A stretch of 55,269 bases of DNA from an uncultured virus (IMG/VR IMGVR_UViG_3300042260_000394) (lineage: Duplodnaviria > Heunggongvirae > Uroviricota > Caudoviricetes): IMG/VR virus record IMGVR_UViG_3300042260_000394; one strand, 5' to 3'. The position numbers and the translations under genes are program-made. The notes beneath the pieces are model-generated. The model worked only from the letters and a program-made list of their open reading frames with translations. It had not been told where the DNA came from and ran no database searches. This document shows, one piece after another, positions 9,647 to 17,184 of the stretch; positions within the stretch are counted from its first letter, which is position 1, and every line of letters starts with the position of its first letter.

Positions 9647-9864
9647 GTCTAGGACTTGATCGAAACAAAATTAGACGTTTCATCGAAGGCATTGAAAACG
9701 AGTCAAGAGCCGTAATCAAAGAAGTATCTATGTTAAGTGTATGGGGCGGCATAAGTCCACAAGAAATTTGGAACATGACTCACGAAGAAAGAAAAGTGTT
9801 AAGTGAAGTCATTAAAGAACACACAGAAACTATGTACGGCAAAAAGGGTATTGCTCGTCATTAA
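9643..9864 (+). CDS. gp51-like baseplate hub assembly protein, probably the frameshifted C-terminal extension of gp26
   Basis: WGGISPQEIWNMTHEERK resembles gp51/gpT-type chaperone tails; the ORF opens at a TTG with no SD sequence. Confidence 0.7.
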   Translation: MSLGLDRNKIRRFIEGIENESRAVIKEVSMLSVWGGISPQEIWNMTHEERKVLSEVIKEHTETMYGKKGIARH

Positions 9865-10492
9865 TAGCCATTTGTTAAGCTATCTTAGTAGAGCGAATAC
9901 TTCGCTCTCGAATTTCGTATCGCTTCGCTCAACTCATTCAGTTTACTATAACCTATTTTTTTAGATTTAACACGATTTACTATGATACTTGTGTTGTTTC
10001 TTAATACATGAACTACATAATGAATACTTGACCTGATGCTTCAGTCACACTTAGCCGTTTTACCGGCTAAGATAAAAACACTTGACCCGAAGTCCAATGC
10101 CACATTCAATTACAGCAACTACTTAAAGTTAGGGCGGTCACGCTGTACCCTTTTACGCTTTTCTTATTATGACGCTACTGCACACACCCAATTGAAATAA
10201 CGTGTGCAATATGCAGGTTGTAATAGTTCACCATTGCCTGCTCTTTCTAGCTTTACGTATACTAAACTCAGATCTTTTCAAGCAATTGATCTACGTCCTG
10301 TGAAGGATAGTGAGTGTTAGTCTCCGCTACCGCACGGAAGTTCCTTCCCCAGCGCAACCCTGGTGCCTGGTTTTATGGGTGTCATAGTATCGGCGACACA
10401 AGCCTATCAGTAGTAAATGAGTCTGGGGGAGTTAGCGGTTTACGCAGGAAGTATAAGGATTTATCTGTTGAACAGATGAGTTAACCGTGTAG
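9865..10492 (-). ncRNA. Candidate large structured ncRNA and/or replication origin (family not identified)
   Basis: 628 nt with no ORF in the track, in an otherwise gene-dense genome; at least 8 stems, a multi-branch junction and a possible pseudoknot. Strand inferred from the upstream minus-strand operon. Confidence 0.55.
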
Positions 10493-10918
10493 TTAAAGTT
10501 TGTCTTTGATATGATTTTTATGTACTTTTAAGTTGATAATGCCGTTATAGTAGTCTGCTGATTCAAGTACTTTTCTGTCAAATTGTTCTTTTGCTTCTAT
10601 GTAAGAGCATACAGCTTTTGCATTGCAATAGTGCAGTATCTCTCTTTTAAATTTATCTGGGCCTAGTTGAGCTAAGTCTGCCAAAAGTTCTACAGATGAG
10701 CCATAATATGTTTGCCAGTCGGATTCAATCTTACTTTTGATCTTCTTCCGCTTTTTTGTACCATTCTTTAGTTTAACAACCCGGTATGTGGTTTTAGAAA
10801 ACTTTGATAGCTTCTTCCCCACATACTTTCGGTTGTTAGTTAGGTTTGTTATAAGGTACACAAACCCAACGCAGTCATCGGGTAATGTGTCTACAACTTG
10901 ATCGTTGTAAAACCACAT
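10493..10918 (-). CDS. Minimal GIY-YIG (Seg-like) endonuclease
   Basis: GFVYLITN...RKYVGKK, YYGSS, conserved E and YYN; no C-terminal DNA-binding domain. Confidence 0.85.
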   Translation of the reverse strand: MWFYNDQVVDTLPDDCVGFVYLITNLTNNRKYVGKKLSKFSKTTYRVVKLKNGTKKRKKIKSKIESDWQTYYGSSVELLADLAQLGPDKFKREILHYCNAKAVCSYIEAKEQFDRKVLESADYYNGIINLKVHKNHIKDKL

Positions 10919-11103
10919 TACTTGGCTGCTAACGCTTCTTTCTCCGCTGTAATCTCTTTACGGCGTTCCTTGATAGCTTTAGACATTTCCTGTAGTGCTT
11001 TACGAGCACGAGCGGCAGCGGCCTTAACGCCTTTACCTGCAAATTTTTCGTTTTCAGCCTTGTATGCTTCAAACTGTTCTAGTAAAATTTCATGATTTGT
11101 CAT
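10918..11103 (-). CDS. Small basic histone H1-like (Hc1-type) DNA-binding protein
   Basis: KGVKAAAARARKALQEMSKAIKERRKEI; TAATG-coupled to the GIY-YIG gene. Confidence 0.7.
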   Translation of the reverse strand: MTNHEILLEQFEAYKAENEKFAGKGVKAAAARARKALQEMSKAIKERRKEITAEKEALAAK

Positions 11104-11111
11104 AATGTTCC

Positions 11112-12887
11112 TTAATTTTCAATGACTTGCGTATCCGCTTCAAGCATAGTGAATCCATTTTCCTTGACTACCATAAGCACATTATTAACACGGCTTGCTA
11201 GTTCATCTCTGTGTGAGATTAAGAAAATGTTACGATTCATTTCCCGACCCATTGACTTTAGAACTGACATGGAGTGTTCGATACCCACACTATCCATTCC
11301 AGAATCAACAAGCTCGTCAATAAACATCAAGTTCATTGGCTCAGTGAAGCTTTCATACACATCTCTAAAACTCCAGCTCAATGCCAGAATTAAACGATTT
11401 CGTTCTCCTCGACTTAGGTTATCAAAGTCAAAACTTTGTCCTAGTTGGCTAATGTCTACTTCCAAATCACTTTTAAATGTAACTTGGTGGGGTAGTTGTA
11501 ACTTATCCAAATAGTAACTTAGTCTATGATTCAAATACGCCAAGTTCTGTTCAATAATTCGCTTTCGTACAAATGAGTCCTTGCTTGTTAACAACTTTAA
11601 CAAAAACTCTTGATGCTCAAGTAGCTTACTTACTCTGTTAATTTCATCCCAGCTAACCAGAGCTAGCGCAGTATTACGCATTGCTTCAATTTGTTCTTGA
11701 TAAGGATCTTCTTCTTGGACCTTTGCATCAAGTTGCTTACGAATGTTTTCTAAGTTGTTCTTGTGAGCAGCCGCATCAGCTACGTCCTGATACTTGGTAC
11801 GTGGTCGATCGCCCAAGTTGCCAATAGTTCGAACAGCCATATCAGCTTGAGCTAGATAGCCATGTTCTTCACGAAGCGCATTAACAGTTAAGTCTACGGC
11901 GGCTTGCGCATCTGCGGCCATTTGGTCATGCTTCTCGTCATGAACATCTTGACCGCAAGATGGACATTGGTGAGCCTTGATAGATTCCAAACTCTTTTGT
12001 GCAACTGCCAGTGCATCCTGCAACTTCTTAACGTTGCTTTGGCGAGTAGCTAATTCTTTGTTGGCTAACTTAAGGCGACTTTCGTTATCCTTGTAAAGAG
12101 CCACAGCACGGTGAGCCTCTAGTTCGGCTTCAATGTCTGTGTTTTCTAATTCTGTAATAGCCGCCTCAAATGCAGCCACGTCAGTTTCTTTCTTACTAGT
12201 CCACACACGACTGCGGCGTTCTAAGTCATCAATAGCTGATTGAACACGAGCATTACTTTCTTGCAGGGCTTTGATGCGTGACTCTTCGTCTTTGATATCA
12301 TCCTTGCTTTTCTTAATGAACTCTCGAAGGATCTCAGCTTTCTCACTTAACTGAGTAATGCCCAGTAGTTCTTCAATGATGTCACGTTGCTCACCACTTT
12401 TCAAACTCAAGAAAGGCTGAGTGTAAGTGTTTAGTGCAACAAGGTGCTTGAACATTTCTGCACTCATGCCAACAACTTTTTCAATTGCTTCTTGAGTTAC
12501 ACGGTTCTCACCAGCACCTTCGTCTGTACCTGATTCGTTGACTTCATGATCGTCAACTAAGAATCGCAACACGTTAGGTTTACGACCACGTTCAATTGTA
12601 TACTTGGCACCGTTCTTTTCAAACTCAACTGTGACCAACATGCCTTTGGTATTAGTTTTGTTGATAAGGTTCTCTTTACGAATGTTTGTAAGTGCATTGC
12701 CATAGATAGCATAAGACAACGCATTGACCATTGTAGTTTTACCTACGCCGTTACGAGCACCATCGCCACCTAAGTCTAAGTTGTTACCTAACACAAGAGT
12801 CAACCCATGTTGATTCATGCGGAGGCCTTGGGTAACATTACCCACACTCATAAAGTTTTTAATTGTTAGATTGTTAAACTTAATCAA
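11112..12887 (-). CDS. gp46: Recombination endonuclease ATPase subunit (gp46, SbcC/Rad50-like)
   Basis: Walker A NGVGKTT, CPSC zinc hook, LSRGE signature, FIDE Walker B, ISH; TTG start overlapping the gp47 stop. Confidence 0.96.
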   Translation of the reverse strand: MIKFNNLTIKNFMSVGNVTQGLRMNQHGLTLVLGNNLDLGGDGARNGVGKTTMVNALSYAIYGNALTNIRKENLINKTNTKGMLVTVEFEKNGAKYTIERGRKPNVLRFLVDDHEVNESGTDEGAGENRVTQEAIEKVVGMSAEMFKHLVALNTYTQPFLSLKSGEQRDIIEELLGITQLSEKAEILREFIKKSKDDIKDEESRIKALQESNARVQSAIDDLERRSRVWTSKKETDVAAFEAAITELENTDIEAELEAHRAVALYKDNESRLKLANKELATRQSNVKKLQDALAVAQKSLESIKAHQCPSCGQDVHDEKHDQMAADAQAAVDLTVNALREEHGYLAQADMAVRTIGNLGDRPRTKYQDVADAAAHKNNLENIRKQLDAKVQEEDPYQEQIEAMRNTALALVSWDEINRVSKLLEHQEFLLKLLTSKDSFVRKRIIEQNLAYLNHRLSYYLDKLQLPHQVTFKSDLEVDISQLGQSFDFDNLSRGERNRLILALSWSFRDVYESFTEPMNLMFIDELVDSGMDSVGIEHSMSVLKSMGREMNRNIFLISHRDELASRVNNVLMVVKENGFTMLEADTQVIEN

Positions 12888-13906
12888 ACTGTCAGTCCTT
12901 GGTAAATTTGCACAAGAATTTGTCTATCAATAACATCAGAGTCAATTGCTTGAATCTGATTTAACACAATAGCGTCAACAGATTCAAATTGAATCTCACC
13001 GCCTTGCCATTCAGTTGCGTGTTCTTCCTTCTTGCCAGGAATAAGCGACAGCTCACGCATGTTATACGTCTCTGCCCACTGTTCTTTAATATACGTTGCT
13101 TCTTCGTAGCTAATGTCTACGTCGATTGTAATACGAGCAAACGTTTGTTCATCAAACAGTTCAGCATGACGATCAATGGCTTGTGTTAGTGTAAGTGTTT
13201 TAAACTTAGGAGCTCCTGGCCATGTGCGGAAGTCTGGTTCACCACCATACTCCAAGAACATGCAACCACGTTCGTCATCCCAGGCATCAGCATAGTTATG
13301 GGGAAAGCAATTACCCATGTACACAATATTGCCTTTGCGCTGGCGCTTGTGAAAGTGTCCGCTAAACACTAACTCTTGATTAGGAAAGTGTCCAGCATTA
13401 AGTCCACCATGATCTGGCATTTCTACCATGGCGTTCATTTTAAAGTGCGGAAGCTCAAAGTGTCCAAACACATAACGGCTTTTCAGTTTGGCCATTTTGG
13501 TCCACTCATCGCCTACCAGCCAGGGGATGATTGTCATGTCGCCAACTGTAAGTGGCTCATCAACTAACACCACATTGTCCAAGTGCTTGGCAAACGGCAA
13601 GCTGTTGATTTCACGCTTTTCACGATATGCTAAATCATGATTGCCCATGATCAGGTATACCTTTTCAAAGTGCTCTGACAAGTACTTGACGTTGGATGTT
13701 GTATAGTTTAACGTGCTTACGTTAACAGTGGAACGATTATTGTGCCAGTCGCCAAGGAAGATGCAAGTTTCTGCACCTTCCTTTTTGGCTTCAGCAGTCA
13801 TCCACTTGATAAAGTTTTCACAGTCATTGTTGTGGCTACGACTGTTGTTGCGTAGTCCAAAGTGAATGTCTGTGAAGCAAACGGCTTTCTTGAAAGATTG
13901 AGTCAT
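12884..13906 (-). CDS. gp47: Recombination endonuclease nuclease subunit (gp47, SbcD/Mre11-like)
   Basis: DIHFG, LGDW, GNHD, GHFE and SGHFH metallophosphoesterase motifs; start set to ATG 13906. Confidence 0.95.
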   Translation of the reverse strand: MTQSFKKAVCFTDIHFGLRNNSRSHNNDCENFIKWMTAEAKKEGAETCIFLGDWHNNRSTVNVSTLNYTTSNVKYLSEHFEKVYLIMGNHDLAYREKREINSLPFAKHLDNVVLVDEPLTVGDMTIIPWLVGDEWTKMAKLKSRYVFGHFELPHFKMNAMVEMPDHGGLNAGHFPNQELVFSGHFHKRQRKGNIVYMGNCFPHNYADAWDDERGCMFLEYGGEPDFRTWPGAPKFKTLTLTQAIDRHAELFDEQTFARITIDVDISYEEATYIKEQWAETYNMRELSLIPGKKEEHATEWQGGEIQFESVDAIVLNQIQAIDSDVIDRQILVQIYQGLTV

Positions 13907-13912
13907 TAGCAA

Positions 13913-14107
13913 TTATAGCATTTCTGCAAGTGTATGTCTACAACGAACGAGCTCGTCCTTAAGGAAAAGTTTTCGTTTCTTAAGAGTTTGGGCAACAGGA
14001 GTATCATTCTGGTGCTGTTGTTCAAGGATCAACAATTGCTTTTCAAGACTATCGTGATGAATCTCTAAATGATCAATGTGTCTTTTCAAACTGTCTGGAT
14101 GTTTCAT
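13913..14107 (-). CDS. Small coiled-coil protein (YdcH/DUF465-like)
   Basis: H...L....LKKRKLFLKDEL motif; AAGGAG RBS before ATG 14107. Confidence 0.7.
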   Translation of the reverse strand: MKHPDSLKRHIDHLEIHHDSLEKQLLILEQQHQNDTPVAQTLKKRKLFLKDELVRCRHTLAEML

Positions 14108-14109
14108 GT

Positions 14110-14484
14110 TTACTCCTTCTTTAAGAATGGTGCAAGCTCGGGTGGCTCCCAACCTAGTGGTTTAAGAACCTTGCCATCTTCGCGCTTTCGTACTTTGCCT
14201 GTCTCTCGATCAATCTTGGCAAAGTTTGTTTTCATAACTTCTTTCCAAGCACCGTCGCCGTCAAATCCTGCACTATGGATAGCACCAATAGTAACAACTA
14301 AGATGTCAATCAATGCATCTAGTGTTTCTACTTCGTCGTGAGCCGCAATAGCTTCTGCAAGCTCACCTGATTCTTCTTCAATCAGTTTCAGATACATGTT
14401 AAATTGATCTGCATTAAAGCCTTCAACGCTTTGATCGCAGGCCCTCATAAACTTTTCTTGATCGCGAAATGGATTAGTCATCAT
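14110..14484 (-). CDS. MazG-like nucleoside triphosphate pyrophosphohydrolase
   Basis: LIEEESGEL, DALIDILVV, EVMKTNFAK and REDGKVLKP motifs. Confidence 0.88.
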   Translation of the reverse strand: MMTNPFRDQEKFMRACDQSVEGFNADQFNMYLKLIEEESGELAEAIAAHDEVETLDALIDILVVTIGAIHSAGFDGDGAWKEVMKTNFAKIDRETGKVRKREDGKVLKPLGWEPPELAPFLKKE

Positions 14485-15488
14485 GCTTCCTCACTATCCT
14501 CTAAAATAATTTCAGTAACTTCGATGTCTGCATCGATATCAATGTCTGCTTCTAAATCAACATTGGCAGGTAATTCTTCACCTGGTTCAACAGCAGCCGC
14601 CGGATCTTTAAGTGCATTATATCTTTCGATGCCCTCAAGGTGCGCCTGCTGGCTTTCCATCTGGCGTGTCCAGCTTGGCATTTGACCCGAGTCTTGTAGC
14701 ATGTCATCACGGATATCACGTTGACGCTTTTCTACGTTTAGAACACGGGTAAAGGAGTTAGTAACTGCGGCAGTATAATAAGCAAACGGGTTTTGTGATT
14801 TGCCTTCGTCAAACTGTAATGCAATTTGTGTAAGCTGAATAAGTGCTTGCCCGCGCATTTCATCGACATAACTATAGCCACGCCAGTTGCTTCGCAAGCT
14901 GTAACGTTCGCATAGCTTTAAGAACATTGCGCCTAAGCGATTTGTAATTTGTCCATGGGTCACACAAAACTCGCCTGTTTCTAAGTCGCCCTTCCAATGA
15001 CTGCGAAGCACTTCGCGCCAAGTGCCATCTTCATTTTGAACAAAATGTTTAAATGGAGGAAAGTTTACTTTAGAGCGATGATCAGCAATACTCTTGGGAT
15101 TATTTTTACGTCCAGGCTCGAGAGGAATATGCTCAAACGTCATCATGCGAACAACAAGATCAGTTACTGGAATCTTTTTAGGATTAACTTCAAATTGATC
15201 TTGTTTTGGTTTAGTACTTGCTTTGCCCTTTGCGGCTTCCCATTCTGCAATGGCAGCCTGGTATGCTTGTTGTTGTAACCTAGCCGCGCGAGCTTCACGT
15301 GCTAAGTTGATAGCACCTTCGGGACAGGCTTTGGTTTTACGATTATGAAAGCTCTTTAATTCGGTTACAATGTAATCATACTGCTCGACATCTTTGCTTT
15401 CTTTCCAGCAATAGCTCATCTTACTTGCATGGATCGCCGCTAAAATATCTTTATTCTTTAGGTAAATGGTTGTTGTTTTTTCTGACAC
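14481..15488 (-). CDS. gp55: Late-transcription sigma factor (gp55)
   Basis: YLKNKDIL N-terminus; NWRGYSYVDEM and FDEGKSQNPFAYYT motifs; GTG start with AAGGAG RBS; upstream of gp47/gp46 as in T4-like phages. Confidence 0.9.
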   Translation of the reverse strand: MSEKTTTIYLKNKDILAAIHASKMSYCWKESKDVEQYDYIVTELKSFHNRKTKACPEGAINLAREARAARLQQQAYQAAIAEWEAAKGKASTKPKQDQFEVNPKKIPVTDLVVRMMTFEHIPLEPGRKNNPKSIADHRSKVNFPPFKHFVQNEDGTWREVLRSHWKGDLETGEFCVTHGQITNRLGAMFLKLCERYSLRSNWRGYSYVDEMRGQALIQLTQIALQFDEGKSQNPFAYYTAAVTNSFTRVLNVEKRQRDIRDDMLQDSGQMPSWTRQMESQQAHLEGIERYNALKDPAAAVEPGEELPANVDLEADIDIDADIEVTEIILEDSEEA

Positions 15489-15507
15489 TAGTAGTCTCCT
15501 TATATCA

Positions 15508-15537
15508 AGTATAGCATAAAGTTGTAAGCATTGTCAA
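15508..15537 (-). promoter_or_regulatory. Sigma70-type early promoter for the gp55-gp47-gp46 operon
   Basis: TTGACA-N18-TATACT with TG extended -10. Confidence 0.8.
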
Positions 15538-15565
15538 CGGTAATATACCTACTTTATGGAAACGG

Positions 15566-15571
15566 TAAATA
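15566..15571 (+). promoter_or_regulatory. Late promoter box TAAATA for the baseplate operon
   Basis: cggTAAATAgg, divergent from the sigma70 promoter. Confidence 0.7.
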
Positions 15572-15589
15572 GGTATGGAGAAACTTTTA

Positions 15590-16237
15590 ATGAAGATCAA
15601 TGAGCTAAATTCCCGCATTGTTGCCGTATACGCAGGACGCTTCCACCCGTTCCACCATGGACACGCTGAAGTGTTTCGCGAACTCGCGAACAAGTTTGGC
15701 ATTAACAATACTTACATCACATCAAGTGGCAAGGTAGAGCCAGAAAAGAGTCCGTTTTCATTTGCTGAAAAAGCACTTATGATGCAGGCTGCAGGCGTAC
15801 CAAAAAAAAATATTGTAGAAGAAACAGTGCCATATGCACCAGTAAACTTGCCAAGCAAATTGGGACTTGACCCAAACAAAGACGTTATGGTTTTTGGCGT
15901 GGGCCAAAAGGACATGGCCGAAGATCCTCGTTTTGCGTTCAAGCCATTAAAAGACGGCTCTCCAAGTTACTTCCAGCCATACACTGGCAAGAATTTAATG
16001 CCATTCAGCAATGCTAAAAATGCCGATGGTACCCGTGCTGGCCATGCTTACATTTATCCTGTTCGTGACGTACAGTTTAGCATTGCTGGACAAACAATCA
16101 ACAGTGCAAGTCAAATTAGAAACTTGTACAAAGCCGCAGATGATGAAGGTCGTGTAGCAATTTTACATGAGCTATACCCAAATGGTGGCGCACAAATTGA
16201 CAAGATCAAACGCATCTTTGATGCCAAGTTAGGATGA
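15590..16237 (+). CDS. Cytidyltransferase-like (HIGH-motif nucleotidyltransferase) protein
   Basis: YAGRFHPFHHGH, PFSFAEK and SASQIR motifs; start likely ATG 15590 (GGAG RBS, MKINEL) rather than 15575. Confidence 0.8.
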   Translation: MKINELNSRIVAVYAGRFHPFHHGHAEVFRELANKFGINNTYITSSGKVEPEKSPFSFAEKALMMQAAGVPKKNIVEETVPYAPVNLPSKLGLDPNKDVMVFGVGQKDMAEDPRFAFKPLKDGSPSYFQPYTGKNLMPFSNAKNADGTRAGHAYIYPVRDVQFSIAGQTINSASQIRNLYKAADDEGRVAILHELYPNGGAQIDKIKRIFDAKLG

Positions 16238-16241
16238 TACC

Positions 16242-16883
16242 ATGGCTAATTTAGATAGTCGAGTTACACTTGAATTTAAAGCATTTGCTGAAATGGGCAC
16301 CACTGATGAAAGTGGTCGTAAGACTGGTGATTATGATAGCCGCGTGCCTTCAAACGCAAACAAAGAGCCAGGTAAGAATCATATTTTAACATGGCCAAGT
16401 ACTCCTAAGATTTCGCAATCAATTGAAGTAAATTATAGTACATGGGAATTGCAACACACCAACTATCAGCCAAGCGCATTTGGTAATCGCTCAACGCCTG
16501 TTGTAACAATTAGCGGCCCTTGGTTTAGTCGTACTGAAGAAGAAGCAAAGAAAACACTAACCGCAATTCATTTGCTACGTTCAGCGACAAGTATGTTTTA
16601 TGGTCGAGAAGATAAGAACAAAGGAATACCGCCTCCAATTGGACGTTTAAGTGCTCATGGCTTATATTCAAATACACCAGTGGTTGTAAAAACGTTTCAA
16701 TACGATTACCCAAACGATGTTGATTACATTACTGTTGATATGTTTAACGGCAGACAATCAGTACCAGTGTTATTTGAAATGAGTGTTAGTTTAATTGTAC
16801 AAATTAACGCAGTTGAAGCAGTTAAAGAATACACATTAGAAAATTTCTACACTGGCAAATTATTAGGAAACGGATACATTTAA
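16242..16883 (+). CDS. Baseplate/tail-tube initiator protein (gp48/gp54-like)
   Basis: WPSTPKI...Y...HTNY, GIPPPI and YDYPNDVDYI motifs; upstream of gp53. Confidence 0.65.
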   Translation: MANLDSRVTLEFKAFAEMGTTDESGRKTGDYDSRVPSNANKEPGKNHILTWPSTPKISQSIEVNYSTWELQHTNYQPSAFGNRSTPVVTISGPWFSRTEEEAKKTLTAIHLLRSATSMFYGREDKNKGIPPPIGRLSAHGLYSNTPVVVKTFQYDYPNDVDYITVDMFNGRQSVPVLFEMSVSLIVQINAVEAVKEYTLENFYTGKLLGNGYI

Positions 16884-16884
16884 A

Positions 16885-17184
16885 ATGGCAACTACTGGAA
16901 AGAACCAATACGCTGATACGCCAATTCAAGACTTTTACCTTGACTTAGCAAAGCTGCCAACAGCCGCAGATATTACAGACGGCAAAACAACAGAGACTAT
17001 TGTAGTTGGCCCCAAGTATCAACATCGTCCTGATTTACTAAGCTATTCTCTTTACGGCAACAGCAGTTACTGGTGGGTAATTGTATTGCTTAACCGCAAT
17101 CAACTTCGTGATCCTATTAGAGATTTAAAAACAGGTATGGTACTTCGTGTATTAAACAAAGCAGATATTGCTGGAGTAGTATAA
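16885..17184 (+). CDS. gp53: Baseplate wedge protein gp53 (LysM-like)
   Basis: YQHRPDLLSYSLYGNSSYWWV motif. Confidence 0.88.
   Translation: MATTGKNQYADTPIQDFYLDLAKLPTAADITDGKTTETIVVGPKYQHRPDLLSYSLYGNSSYWWVIVLLNRNQLRDPIRDLKTGMVLRVLNKADIAGVV

Noticed and set aside
9865..10492. Group I intron, RNase P, tmRNA or tRNA identity for the non-coding region
   Set aside because: No interrupted gene flanks it. GAGACTA is present on the minus strand but I found no matching S element, and no RNase P, tmRNA or cloverleaf signatures were recognisable.
10493..10918. GIY-YIG gene as a mobile homing element
   Set aside because: It has no DNA-binding extension, no intron or insertion boundaries, and is translationally coupled within the operon, so it was not annotated as a mobile element.
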